A stretch of DNA of 49,094 nt, taken from positions 57,920 to 107,013 of the forward strand of contig RQSC01000014.1 of the NCBI GenBank assembly GCA_013416795.1, read 5' to 3'. Made by a program: the position numbers and the translations under genes. Shown piece by piece: positions 22,025 through 32,195 of the stretch (position 1 is the first letter of the stretch; each line of letters begins with the position of its first letter). Under the pieces are notes generated by a model. It was not told the origin of the DNA and did no database searches. It saw only the letters and a program-made list of their open reading frames with translations. The stretch comes from Prasinococcaceae sp. CCMP 1430 (lineage: Eukaryota > Plantae > Prasinodermophyta).

Positions 22025-23836
22025 TCAGCAGCGGTAGACTTGGCGCAGCTTGGCCGCGCGCTCGACGAGCTCAGGCACGGCCGCGGCAGCCTCCCACATG
22101 CCCGTCATTCCGGCCTTGTCCTTTGCGCTCAGAAACATGATAGCCATGGAGAAGCGTGGAACGCCCGAGAGCCCCTCGAGCAAGCTCACCGCTGCTCCAG
22201 GCATGAGCTCAGCCGCGGTGACCTCCAGCACGGAGCGCAGGAGCCTCTGGTCGAGCGACGCCTTGAAGATCTTTGGCAGCTCGCTCACGTCCAGCGCCTC
22301 CAGGTAGGCTGCCTGCGAGGTCACGTCGCCGCCCAGCGCTTTCCACGCGGACTCGAACTCGTACGAGGACTTGGGCGGCGGGGGTAGCTTCGATGGCGCC
22401 AGACGCGACGCAGCAGCCATCACCAGGGGCGAAGCGCCGCTCGCTTCGTCCGAAGCCCTCGCAGCTGGCGGCGGTATGGCGCCAGCATCCACGGCATCAA
22501 TCGCTTCGGTCACGCTCGCGCCGGCGGCGGTAATCCTCGCGGCCATGTCCTCACCCGCCTGCCCGCCAGCGCATGCACTGCCCACAAGCGCATCCAGACC
22601 ACTCGCGTCGCCGCTTCCAAGGAGTGCTTCCAAGCTGCTTCCGCCGCCGGCATCACCACCGGCGAGAAGCCCCTCTAGGTCTCCAGCAGGCGCGCCGTCG
22701 CCAGCGCTCTGCTCGTCGTGGAGCCGCAACGCCGCGGTGCTGGACGTGATTTGCTCCTGCTGCGCGGCGACCTGATCCTGGCCGCACTTGGGGATCTGCT
22801 GCACCGCTGGACTTGTCGCGCCTGCTCCACTTGTTGGCGTTTCCTCCTCGCCACTACCATCCTCGCGCATGACTTCGACCTCAGTCCACTCGGTAGGCAT
22901 GGCCACTTTGACCTCCTTCTTGATCACCTCTTCCATGCTGCGGCGACGGTCAGCGATGAGCTCCTTGGAGGTCGGCATCAGACGCACAGCGCGTTCGAAG
23001 TCATCGGCGGCCTCGCGATGGCGCTTGAGCGCCCGCCGGCATGTTCCGCGCCGCGACCAAGCCTTGGTGTACGAGCTGTCGAGCGCGATGGCGTCAGTGC
23101 AGTCCTGCTCAGCGTTTTCCCACAGTTCCATCTTGATGCGCGCCATCGCGCGGTTCGCGTACGCGACGGCAGATGGGCCAGCCTCGATGGAGCGCGTGTA
23201 AAACTTGGCGGCATCGTCCCACTCGCCGCGCTTGAAGGCCGCGTTCCCCGCGTCCTTGAGCGCCACGGGGTCCGCCTGGCGTCGCGCCTTGGCAGCGCGC
23301 GCAGACGCAAGCGCTGCAGACGTGCCCTGCGAGCCAGCTATCGCTGCCGGGCTCACGGGCACGCCGCCCGTCGCCACTTCGCCTCCCCTGCTGCTATCGC
23401 CGACGTCGGCCTGCTTCAAGGCACCATCTACGTCGAACGAGTCCCAGTCCTTGTAGTAGTCGTAGGTGTGCCCCGCCTTGGCCTTGGTCTTGCTGCCGCC
23501 GCTACTGGTGCCACCGCGAACTGGCGGCAGCACTTCCACCGATTCAACTGCGCCTAGAGCGCTCGCCTCAGCGCGGCCACGCACTGGCGGTATCGCAGCG
23601 ACCGGCGGCGATTCCAGCTTCGCGCCCCCCGCTTCCCTGTACCGCTGCGTCATGCGTTCCCCGGCGGCGCGTAAGCTTGCGTCGCGACGCTCGCCGGCCT
23701 TGCTCTTTGCCGCATCGTCCTTGGCCTTGATGTCGTCCTGCCAGCCGCGCAGATCACGCAGGAAATCCTGCATCTCGAAGTTGTTCTCGCGGATCTGCGC
23801 TTGCACGGCCATCGCGGCCGAGTTGGGATCCGCCAT
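22025..23836 (-). CDS. RPAP3: RNA polymerase II-associated protein 3 (RPAP3/Tah1-type R2TP TPR co-chaperone)
   Basis: N-terminal QIRENNFEMQDFLRDLRGWQDDIK, YDYYKDWDSFDVD motif, three TPR motifs (KDAGNAAFKRG..YANRAMA..KAWSRRG) and a C-terminal RPAP3_C-like PPPKSSYEFESAWK...LPKIFK..L domain. Confidence 0.85.
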   Translation of the reverse strand: MADPNSAAMAVQAQIRENNFEMQDFLRDLRGWQDDIKAKDDAAKSKAGERRDASLRAAGERMTQRYREAGGAKLESPPVAAIPPVRGRAEASALGAVESVEVLPPVRGGTSSGGSKTKAKAGHTYDYYKDWDSFDVDGALKQADVGDSSRGGEVATGGVPVSPAAIAGSQGTSAALASARAAKARRQADPVALKDAGNAAFKRGEWDDAAKFYTRSIEAGPSAVAYANRAMARIKMELWENAEQDCTDAIALDSSYTKAWSRRGTCRRALKRHREAADDFERAVRLMPTSKELIADRRRSMEEVIKKEVKVAMPTEWTEVEVMREDGSGEEETPTSGAGATSPAVQQIPKCGQDQVAAQQEQITSSTAALRLHDEQSAGDGAPAGDLEGLLAGGDAGGGSSLEALLGSGDASGLDALVGSACAGGQAGEDMAARITAAGASVTEAIDAVDAGAIPPPAARASDEASGASPLVMAAASRLAPSKLPPPPKSSYEFESAWKALGGDVTSQAAYLEALDVSELPKIFKASLDQRLLRSVLEVTAAELMPGAAVSLLEGLSGVPRFSMAIMFLSAKDKAGMTGMWEAAAAVPELVERAAKLRQVYRC

Positions 23837-24267
23837 GGCACCCTCGCCCGCGCAAGAGCGAGACAGAAAGCCCTGCTGCTGCGGCTGCTGGCCCGCGCGT
23901 GTGCTGTGTTGACCGGTCGCGAAGCGATTACCGCACTGGCGCGCCCCGAGCGTCGTCCCCCCCTCCCCCCCTTCCGTTCCCGCGAGCGCACTATCCCCTG
24001 CGTCGTCCCTAACTGCCACCAGCGCGCCCACCCCACTCCTGTCCGGCGGGTCCGCGGCGCGCCACACACGCGCTGTGGTCAGCAGCCCCCTCAGGCGCAC
24101 TCACACCGATCCGGGCACGGTACCACCGGACCTCGGCCGCGAAAGCCGACACCAAAAAAAGTGCTCTGCTCTGCGCAGTAGGGCAGCGGTGCGCGGGCCG
24201 GGCCGGGTGTTGACGCCACAGCGCGCGTGCGCGCGTCGTGTGTGTGCAGGCGGGTGGGGTGGGGGGA

Positions 24268-24270
<3 letters not shown>

Positions 24271-24305
<35 letters not shown>
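24271..24305 (+). repeat. Poly-G tract (35 G), 16 nt upstream of the ATG at 24322
   Basis: Directly visible. Confidence 0.9.
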
Positions 24306-24307
<2 letters not shown>

Positions 24308-24321
24308 CATCCCCCTCCGCG

Positions 24322-25383
24322 ATGGCGCGCCCTGGCGCGCGTGGGCGCGGGGTCGCCGCGACAGCCGCGGCCACCCTCGCCGCCGCCCTGGCCGTTTGCG
24401 CCAGTGGCACGGCTGCTGCGGATGCTACCAGCTCTGCCAGTGCCCGCAGCGTGGTGTGGGCGGGTGCCAGCACGCTCATGCGCGGCGGTGCCGAGGCGAG
24501 CGCAGAGGGCGTGCGCGTAGGATCAGGCGCGCTCGCCGCCGCACCAGCGGCACTTCTCGGCGTGGCGCCCGCGGGCTACCCCGGCCTGCAGGACGACCTC
24601 GATGCTGTGCTCGCTCCAGAGCCGTTTGCGAGCGCCGATGCCGTGTTGTTCGTCACCGCGTCTGGCGCAAGCGCGGGTCACGTACAGAATGCTCTGCGCG
24701 GTGCGGGTTTTGAGATCGCTGCTGCAGCGGGCGTTGGTGGGAGTGCCTACGATGTCTCGGCGTCCGTGGCACAGGCCCGCGAGCTGCATTCGTCGGGCGT
24801 GCGCCACGTGCCGCTCGACTGTGGAGCTGCGTGCGGCGAGGGTGTCGCGAATTGCACGGTGGAGGGGGCGCCCGAGGTGCTGCACGAGTGCGCTAGCTCG
24901 CTCGGCCGTGCCGCGCAGGACGCGGCGTGCGCCATTGCCGCCGCCGCCGCGATCCAGCCCTCACCCTCCCTGCGCCACGACTTGCTGTGGTTCACCATGG
25001 GCGCGTACGAGGCGAGCGGAGACGCAAAGTGTGGCAGTCCAGTCGTTGCAGAGTTGGTCGCCAAGGTTGCGCAGACTGCGGCCATGGCGTATGGCGGCAC
25101 CGACAAGATCGTGGTTCAGGTGATCATCACGCCCCCCGCGCAACACAAAATGCTCGCAGCGCACGCTGCGCGCTCGCGCAGCCTCCTCGCCGCGGGCAAC
25201 GCCGCGCCAACAGAGGAGGACGCCGTCGCGCGCTTCCAATTCCTGGCGATTCGCCTCATCGTGCTGCTTATGTTCGCTTTCTTCGCCCTGGCTGGCTTCT
25301 GTTGCCTGTGCTGTAATGCCCAGGACACGCGTGACACGGTGCTCTTTGGCGGTTCGGCGGCCGACTCCAAGAAGACACGCTGA
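24322..25383 (+). CDS. Type-I membrane protein (signal peptide, C-terminal TM, Cys-rich tail), possibly V-ATPase accessory Ac45/VOA1-like
   Basis: Hydrophobic leader (AATAAATLAAALAVCASGTAAA), RSRSLL motif before the TM helix LIVLLMFAFFALAGFCCLCC, short tail ..DTRDTVLF. The family call is by overall architecture only. Confidence 0.6.
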   Translation: MARPGARGRGVAATAAATLAAALAVCASGTAAADATSSASARSVVWAGASTLMRGGAEASAEGVRVGSGALAAAPAALLGVAPAGYPGLQDDLDAVLAPEPFASADAVLFVTASGASAGHVQNALRGAGFEIAAAAGVGGSAYDVSASVAQARELHSSGVRHVPLDCGAACGEGVANCTVEGAPEVLHECASSLGRAAQDAACAIAAAAAIQPSPSLRHDLLWFTMGAYEASGDAKCGSPVVAELVAKVAQTAAMAYGGTDKIVVQVIITPPAQHKMLAAHAARSRSLLAAGNAAPTEEDAVARFQFLAIRLIVLLMFAFFALAGFCCLCCNAQDTRDTVLFGGSAADSKKTR

Positions 25384-25699
25384 TGAGCTCGGGGAGTGGG
25401 TGAAAGAAAGGTGAAGACGATCAATCGCTGAGCTGCCTCCCCTTTGCACGCGCTGTATACGCGGCACCCGTGCCCATGCGGACGACAAGCGCCGTGTTCA
25501 TGCGCATACATAAGATCTGGCGAGCTGTACGCGGCCTCGCTTTTACACACGCTCCCCCCCCCCCCTCCGTCTTGGGCCAGGGCTTCAAAATAGTTGGTTT
25601 TATGTACATCGGGCGATGACGATAGCACCGGCCCACCACGCCGCGTGTGCACTCAGTGCGGGCGGACAAAGGGAAAAAATGAATGAGAAGCCGCGCGCG

Positions 25700-28228
25700 T
25701 CACTCGGCTGGGGCCTGAGCCTGCTTCTTTGAGGCCTTTGTCCCCCGCGGGGAGCGACGCGTAGCGTCGGCGTCGGTAGTGTCCGCCCCAGCCTCGGCCT
25801 CTCCATCTACGCCCGCCTCCTCCCCAACGGAGTCGAGCACCTCACTGTCGTCTTCGCTCTCCGCAGCATCGGCCAGCTCCAACACCTCGCTCAACTTCAC
25901 CTTTCCGTCTTTGCAGTGCGGGACAGCTTCGATGAACTGCTTGACGTCCTCATCGGTCAGGTCAGGTCTTGCCGTCTGCATCGCCTGCACGATCTCCTCA
26001 TCAGATACCCGCCCGTCCTGGTCTACGTCGATGAGTTTGTACTTGTCACCCACTTCAGCGTCGATCTGGTCCATCTGGTCGATAGTGTTCTGGAGCATCG
26101 CCCGAACGCGGTTGAGCGATGCCTGCAGACGCTCCTGCTCCTCGAGTTTCTTCGCCAGCTTGCGCTCGGCCGCCGCGGCCTCCGCGGCGGCAGCCTCGGC
26201 CGCTGCTGCGGCGTCGGCGACCACCTTGGCGTGCTCAGCTGCAAGAGCTTCGGCCTCGGCAGCCTGAGCGGACATCGTATCGACGTCGGAGTCGTGCCGC
26301 TCTCCTTGGAATGGCTTCACAGCCTCCTTTGCGTGCCGCGCCTCGCCGGCCTGCGCCTCCTCAGCTACTTCAGCCGCCTGCGCCGCCACGGCCTCTGCCG
26401 AATCTGCATCCAAGACCACGGTCGACTCAGCGGCCTCGGCGGCCTCGGCGGCCTCGGCTGCCTCCATGCTCTGCACGTCCTTGTCGACAATCTCTACGAA
26501 GTCGGAGCGCTCACGGTGCAGATAGCCCTCAGAAAGACCCTTGAGCGCCTGCGCAATCTTGCGCACCTTCTCGCGGGACTCGGTGACCTTGTGACCCTCG
26601 CTGCCCTCTCGCAGTGCCTCCGCCGCACCAGCCGCCACCTCTGGCATGGACACAGCCGCCTCGGGCGGCGCCTCGGCGCGTGTGGCCTCCTCCGCGGCAA
26701 CCTTTTCTCCCTGGGGCTCGGCCGTCTCCTTCGCCTGAAGCGCCACCTCCTCCTGAGCCTTGGCCTCGGCCTTCGCTGCTGCCTCCTTGGCACGCGCAGC
26801 CTCCTCGGCCGCCTCCTCGCGCTGTAGCTGCGACTGCTTCTGCATGCTCTCCAGGCGGCGCTTCGGGAGCTCCTCGGGGTCTTCGAGGTGGTGCTCCACT
26901 TCGACCTCCTCAATGACCTCGTCTGGCATCTCGCGGATGGCCGACGCGAGCGCGGCGGCGTCGGCGGCCGCCTGCATCCCCGCCGTGCGCATGCCACGGA
27001 AGAGCAGGCCGCTGGTGAGTAGCAGCAGCGAGCTCGGGAGCGACTTGTCCATTGAGAGCTCCAGCCAGCGCTTGAGGTTGATGCGCTGCTCGCGCTCGGC
27101 GAGGTCGCCCACGGGCATGCCGCGCGCGCGACAGGCCTCCTGCACCTCGCGGAAATTCAGCGCGTCCACACCCTCGCGCACGATGGTGAGGTCGTCCTCC
27201 TTGAGGCGCTTGAGCTTGGCCCGGAGGCGCGAGCGCAGCATCACGTTGGAGCCGATCTCCGAGATGTTCATGAACTTGCACATGGCAACCAGCTTGGGGC
27301 GGTCCAGGTTGTCCAGCGTGAGCTCGTCGCTGAAGAGCGGCGCGAACTCGATGATCTCCTCGTTGGAGGGCACCGCGCCGCTGCGAATGCGGCCCATGAA
27401 GTCCTTGAAGGCGCGCGCCCGCGTGTCGTCCGTCTCAGCCACCACGCGCTCGCCCCACTCCTGCATGGCCTGATTGAGGAACTTGCTGTAGCGGAGTCGG
27501 GCCTGAATCATGCGCTTGTTGCGCTGGTCGCGCTTGTCGGCGCCCTCGAAGGTCGACGGCAGCAGGTTGGGGAAGATGGCGAGGGCCACGGGCAGCAGCA
27601 CTTCGGCAGCAGGGATGATGATGAATGGCAGGAAGGGGATCATACGCAGCATGTCCGCGAACGCACGCCGCATCTGCGTCTCCTCGCGGCGGGTGAGCTG
27701 CTTGCCCGTCGACATGCGCTTCCACCCGAGGCCAATCGCTGTGCGCACCTCGAGAAAGAAGAGGCGGAAGCCATGCCAGTAGTGTCGGGCCTCCTTCTTG
27801 GTGTGATCCCACGCCTCGCCGGGGTTGGCGAACAGCCAGTACACCGTGCCCGGCGCGCTGGAGGCCATGCCAACGATGGAGGACAGCGAGCTCGATACGG
27901 TCATCGTCACCTGATCGACGATGCCCCGGCTCAGAACTCTCTTCCTCGCCTCGTACTTTTCGCGCGCCACGCGCAACATCTCGGCGCGCTCCTCCTTCTC
28001 GGCGCGGATGCGCTCCTCGTCGGCAGCGCGAGCCGCGGCAGCGTCAGCGTCCTCCTTCGCCTCGGCAGCCTCTTGCTCAGGCGTGCGCGGCGGCGAAGGG
28101 CTGGCCGCGTCCGCGCCGCGCTCCTGCTTCTCGCCCGCGTCCACAGGGCGATCCTGCGCCAGGCCGGCCGCTGCGAAGCCGCGCGCCCTTAGCGGCGCAC
28201 CGAGCACGCGCACGATGGGCTCTGCCAT
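25700..28228 (-). CDS. LETM1: LETM1/Mdm38 mitochondrial inner-membrane ion exchanger and ribosome-binding protein with C-terminal EF-hand
   Basis: EARHYWHGFRLFFLEVR..LTRREETQMRRAFADMLRMIPF.PFIIIPAAEVLLPV...FPNLLPSTF; ELTLDNLDRPKLVAMCKFM; L+ACRARGM; EF-hand DVDQDGRVSDEE. The ATG at 28228 gives presequence-like MAEPIVRVLGAPLRARGF/AAA. Confidence 0.93.
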   Translation of the reverse strand: MAEPIVRVLGAPLRARGFAAAGLAQDRPVDAGEKQERGADAASPSPPRTPEQEAAEAKEDADAAAARAADEERIRAEKEERAEMLRVAREKYEARKRVLSRGIVDQVTMTVSSSLSSIVGMASSAPGTVYWLFANPGEAWDHTKKEARHYWHGFRLFFLEVRTAIGLGWKRMSTGKQLTRREETQMRRAFADMLRMIPFLPFIIIPAAEVLLPVALAIFPNLLPSTFEGADKRDQRNKRMIQARLRYSKFLNQAMQEWGERVVAETDDTRARAFKDFMGRIRSGAVPSNEEIIEFAPLFSDELTLDNLDRPKLVAMCKFMNISEIGSNVMLRSRLRAKLKRLKEDDLTIVREGVDALNFREVQEACRARGMPVGDLAEREQRINLKRWLELSMDKSLPSSLLLLTSGLLFRGMRTAGMQAAADAAALASAIREMPDEVIEEVEVEHHLEDPEELPKRRLESMQKQSQLQREEAAEEAARAKEAAAKAEAKAQEEVALQAKETAEPQGEKVAAEEATRAEAPPEAAVSMPEVAAGAAEALREGSEGHKVTESREKVRKIAQALKGLSEGYLHRERSDFVEIVDKDVQSMEAAEAAEAAEAAESTVVLDADSAEAVAAQAAEVAEEAQAGEARHAKEAVKPFQGERHDSDVDTMSAQAAEAEALAAEHAKVVADAAAAAEAAAAEAAAAERKLAKKLEEQERLQASLNRVRAMLQNTIDQMDQIDAEVGDKYKLIDVDQDGRVSDEEIVQAMQTARPDLTDEDVKQFIEAVPHCKDGKVKLSEVLELADAAESEDDSEVLDSVGEEAGVDGEAEAGADTTDADATRRSPRGTKASKKQAQAPAE

Positions 28229-28288
28229 CGCGGTCGGCGGCACGTGGGCCGCCTGCGCCAGCCTCAGCCTCGGCGCCTGCTCACCCGC

Positions 28289-28532
28289 CTACATGCCGCC
28301 CTTCGCGGCCTTCTTTTTAGCCTTCTTCTTCCCCTTCTTCTGCTTGGCCTTGTTGTTCGTGGACTTGTTCTTCTTGGACATCTTCTTCTTCTGCTTCTTC
28401 TTGGACTTCTTCTTCTCTGTCTTCTTGTTCTGCTTCTTCTTCTCGGCTTTGACGACACTCTCGCTGTCGCTCCACTCGCACCCGTGGACCTGGGTGCAGG
28501 CGTCCTTTCTGGTGAAGTAGCCGCAGTACTCT
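28289..28532 (-). CDS. C-terminus of a Cys-motif plus Lys-rich protein (5' part in gap), ending 60 nt upstream of LETM1
   Basis: EYCGYFTRKDACTQVHGCEW...KKKQNKKTEKKKSKKKQKKK...KGGM*. Lys encoded almost only by AAG, as in the confident genes here. Confidence 0.55.
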
Positions 28533-29107
28533 NNNNNNNNNNNNNNNNNNNNNNNNNNNNNNNNNNNNNNNNNNNNNNNNNNNNNNNNNNNNNNNNNNNN
28601 NNNNNNNNNNNNNNNNNNNNNNNNNNNNNNNNNNNNNNNNNNNNNNNNNNNNNNNNNNNNNNNNNNNNNNNNNNNNNNNNNNNNNNNNNNNNNNNNNNNN
28701 NNNNNNNNNNNNNNNNNNNNNNNNNNNNNNNNNNNNNNNNNNNNNNNNNNNNNNNNNNNNNNNNNNNNNNNNNNNNNNNNNNNNNNNNNNNNNNNNNNNN
28801 NNNNNNNNNNNNNNNNNNNNNNNNNNNNNNNNNNNNNNNNNNNNNNNNNNNNNNNNNNNNNNNNNNNNNNNNNNNNNNNNNNNNNNNNNNNNNNNNNNNN
28901 NNNNNNNNNNNNNNNNNNNNNNNNNNNNNNNNNNNNNNNNNNNNNNNNNNNNNNNNNNNNNNNNNNNNNNNNNNNNNNNNNNNNNNNNNNNNNNNNNNNN
29001 NNNNNNNNNNNNNNNNNNNNNNNNNNNNNNNNNNNNNNNNNNNNNNNNNNNNNNNNNNNNNNNNNNNNNNNNNNNNNNNNNNNNNNNNNNNNNNNNNNNN
29101 NNNNNNN
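28533..29107. other. Assembly gap (N)
   Basis: Run of N hiding the starts of WDR43 and the Lys-rich ORF. Confidence 1.
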
Positions 29108-31216
29108 CTCGCGGCGCCGGGCGGCGCGGGCGTGCTGCTGCTCGCCGGCGACGGGGCACGCGTGTGGGGAGCCGCCGAGGGGGTCGCGTCCGCAGAGCTT
29201 CCCGTGGGTGCACTGAGCGGCGGTGATGGCAAGGCCAAGGCCACGGGCAAGCGCCGGAAGTCGGCGGGGGTCACGGAGCCGCCTCTGCGCGTGAGCGTCG
29301 CTGCGTGGGCGCCGCCTGCGGCCGCGCCCAAGCCCGCGCGCGGCGGGCGGCGCGGCGGCACGACAGCGTCGCCCGCACGCATCGTCGCGCTCGGAAGCGC
29401 GCACGGGGACGTGATCACATGGGACAGCGCTGCAACCAGAGATGACGCCCTGTGGCGCCTGAGCGGCGTGCACGACGGTGCTGTACGCGCGCTCGCCTTC
29501 ACCGTCGGTGGTGCGGTGCTATACTCGGGCGGTGACGATGGCGCCGTCTGCATGCTCGACGTTGAGCGCCGCGCGCGGCTGCGCGCGTTCGAGGCGGCGC
29601 AGCGGCCTGTGACCGCACTGGCCGTTAGCGTGGACGGCACGGCGCTGCTGAGCGCGGCGCAGCGCGTGACGCTGTGGAATGTGGGCGAGGGCGCGGCGCC
29701 AGTTCGGCGCGCCAAGCAGCCCAAGGCATCTAGGCGCGGCAGCAACAGTGCAGCGGCGGTCGCGCACGCCGCGTTTTCGCCCGACGGTGCCGTGTGTGCC
29801 ACCGCGGCGTGCGGCGGCTCGGAAGTTTCGCTCTGGGACGCGTGCCCTGGTGCGACGGTGGACGATGGCGATGGTGCGGGCGAAACCGCGACCCTCGTGC
29901 TCAAGCTAGCACTCGAGGATGGCGCGGCTGGCGTTGAGCAGCTTCACACGGCCGCCGCGTACAGCTCGCCCAAGGGCGCATTCTTCGTACTCGCTCTGGG
30001 GGCGGGTGCTCGCGGCGCGGTGCATGTGTGGCGGGTGGTGCCGCAGTCGGCGGGTCGCGGCAAGAAACTGGCATCCGATGCCGCCTTGGCACTCCAAGCG
30101 CCGCCGCCGTGCATTGCACGCGTGACAGGGGCGGGCGCGGGCGGCGATGTGTTGCGCACGCTCGCGCCCCTGCGGTCGCCGGGCATGCCAGGCGTGAGCA
30201 GCGGCGCATGCGCCTTCACACTCGCCCACGGCGCAGCTGCCGCACCCATCGTCGAAACGGTCGAGTTCAGCGCCGCCGAGCTCAAGGAGGGGGGCGCCAC
30301 GCGAGAGGTCGACGCGGTCGACGTCGGTGAGCAACCTGCCGCCGACGTTGAGATGGCCGATGCCGGTGCTGATGCAGGCGCTGGCGGTAGCGCGGGCGGG
30401 CAACAAAGGCAGCAGACCAATGGCAGCGCAGGGGATGGCGGCAGCGCGGGTGACGGCGGCGGCGGTGGCAGCGCTCGCCAACTCTCGCTGACCGAGCGGG
30501 TGGCGCGGCTCGAGCTAGCGCATGAGGCGTCCACTGGTGGCTCTGTCTCGGGCGGTGACAAGGGTGGCGCAGAGGGCAGCGGCGGTGGCAGTAGTGGCAA
30601 CCACAGCATTGGCTCGGTGGCGTCAATGCTCATGCAGGCACTTGACAGCCGTGATGAGGCGCTGCTCGAGCGCTGCTTCCGGGTGTCAGGCGAGCGCCAA
30701 GTGGCGGGCGCGGTGGCGCGCCTGCCCCCGTCGCTCGCGCCACTGCTGGTCGCCGCTGCGGCGTCGCGCCTGCGCGTGAGCCCAGCTCGCGCGCCGACGC
30801 TCTGTGTGTGGCTGCGCGCAAGTCTGGCCGCGCACGCGGCGACGCTCATGGCATCGCCCGCTGCTCAGACGGCGCTACGCGAGCTCTACTCGACTGTCGA
30901 CGCGCGCTCCGCACTTCTCGCGCCTTTGCTGCAGCTGCATGGCCGCCTGTCACTGCTCGCGGCGCAGGCTGGCGGAGGCGAGGGCAGTGCGGTGCAGGTG
31001 CGCGCCGCCGACGCACTCGACGCCCCCGTGAATCCCTTTGTCGACAGCGGCGACACTGTGGCCGTTGACCTGATCGGTGATGAGGACCACGAGTCCTCGG
31101 ATAGCGATGAGGACGAAGAGGAGGAGCTTGAGGACGGTTTGGACACCTCGGAGGACGACGCCGGCGAAGACGACGACTACGCGGACGACGACGAGAGGCC
31201 CTTCACGCAGCCCTGA
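29108..31216 (+). CDS. WDR43: WD-repeat protein 43 / UTP5 (SSU processome); start in gap
   Basis: N-terminal WD40 repeats (GVHDGAVRALAF..LYSGGDDG), Utp12-like domain (MLMQALDSRDEALLERC..VARLP...LCVWLRASLAAHA...LL.LHGRL.LL) and an acidic D/E tail. Confidence 0.85.
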   Translation, partial: LAAPGGAGVLLLAGDGARVWGAAEGVASAELPVGALSGGDGKAKATGKRRKSAGVTEPPLRVSVAAWAPPAAAPKPARGGRRGGTTASPARIVALGSAHGDVITWDSAATRDDALWRLSGVHDGAVRALAFTVGGAVLYSGGDDGAVCMLDVERRARLRAFEAAQRPVTALAVSVDGTALLSAAQRVTLWNVGEGAAPVRRAKQPKASRRGSNSAAAVAHAAFSPDGAVCATAACGGSEVSLWDACPGATVDDGDGAGETATLVLKLALEDGAAGVEQLHTAAAYSSPKGAFFVLALGAGARGAVHVWRVVPQSAGRGKKLASDAALALQAPPPCIARVTGAGAGGDVLRTLAPLRSPGMPGVSSGACAFTLAHGAAAAPIVETVEFSAAELKEGGATREVDAVDVGEQPAADVEMADAGADAGAGGSAGGQQRQQTNGSAGDGGSAGDGGGGGSARQLSLTERVARLELAHEASTGGSVSGGDKGGAEGSGGGSSGNHSIGSVASMLMQALDSRDEALLERCFRVSGERQVAGAVARLPPSLAPLLVAAAASRLRVSPARAPTLCVWLRASLAAHAATLMASPAAQTALRELYSTVDARSALLAPLLQLHGRLSLLAAQAGGGEGSAVQVRAADALDAPVNPFVDSGDTVAVDLIGDEDHESSDSDEDEEEELEDGLDTSEDDAGEDDDYADDDERPFTQP

Positions 31217-32195
31217 TCAACGTCGCACAGGGGTGCTCCTGGCGCGCGCGAGGCTGACATGAGTTCCACTGTGCGCGGGCTCTTGAATCCAAACTTTCAT
31301 TACTGTATTTGGAAACTTCATGTGGACGTGCCGTACCCGCCTCCACCTATGCCAGCCCGCGCCGAGCCGAGATATCGCGCCAGTCCTGTCAGCGCCGCGC
31401 ATGCTCATGCCCAGCCGCAGCTCGCGCACCGACGTACCGATCGACGCAGCTGCGTCTTCCACGCCGCTCTTCGCAACATATTCCTCACAACACGGAAAGA
31501 CAAAACAGCACCAGCAAATCGGGAGCAAGCAGCCAGCTACAAAGCGCGCCACGCTGGCGCGGGGAGCAAGGATGTGCGCGCGCGCGCGCGCGCGTGCCGT
31601 GTGTGGTGGCGGTGGTCGGTGAGTAGGAGGCGTGCATGCAGCAGTGCGCCGTGCGCGCGCGCACCGAGAAGGTGTGAGCACGAGAGAGACTGCGCAATGT
31701 TGCAAGTCAGCAAGGGCAGGGCTCCCATCTACGCGCATCAGCGCCGTCAGCGCATGATCGAACGTACGCTTCTCCGATGCATCCACGCTTGCTCGAGTGT
31801 GCCGTGTGGTCCGAGCCCAGCCCGCGCTGTGGCACTGGCTGATGATGCTCGCTGCCTTCCCGGCTGGGCGCGACAACATGCGCCGGCGCATCCACCGCGG
31901 ACATGCCTGAAGCCCGTCCCCCCCACACTCTCCCCCACTCCAACGCCGCAGCGCACTCAGACGCAGCCGGGCAGCCCTTCGCCCGCCGTCTCGCAACCAG
32001 AGCGCCCTCTGTAGCGCCGCTGCTGTGCCACGCATGGTAAGGCTCGGCCGCTTCGCCCAAATGCACACCAGCCAGACAAGCCAATTCTGAATTCTGGCGA
32101 AAAACCTCGCATACGCGAACGCGCTGCCGCGCGCCACTCGACGCGCAGCACGGTGCGCGCCTGCCGCGCCGCTGGGGCGTACGAGGCCGGCTGCC

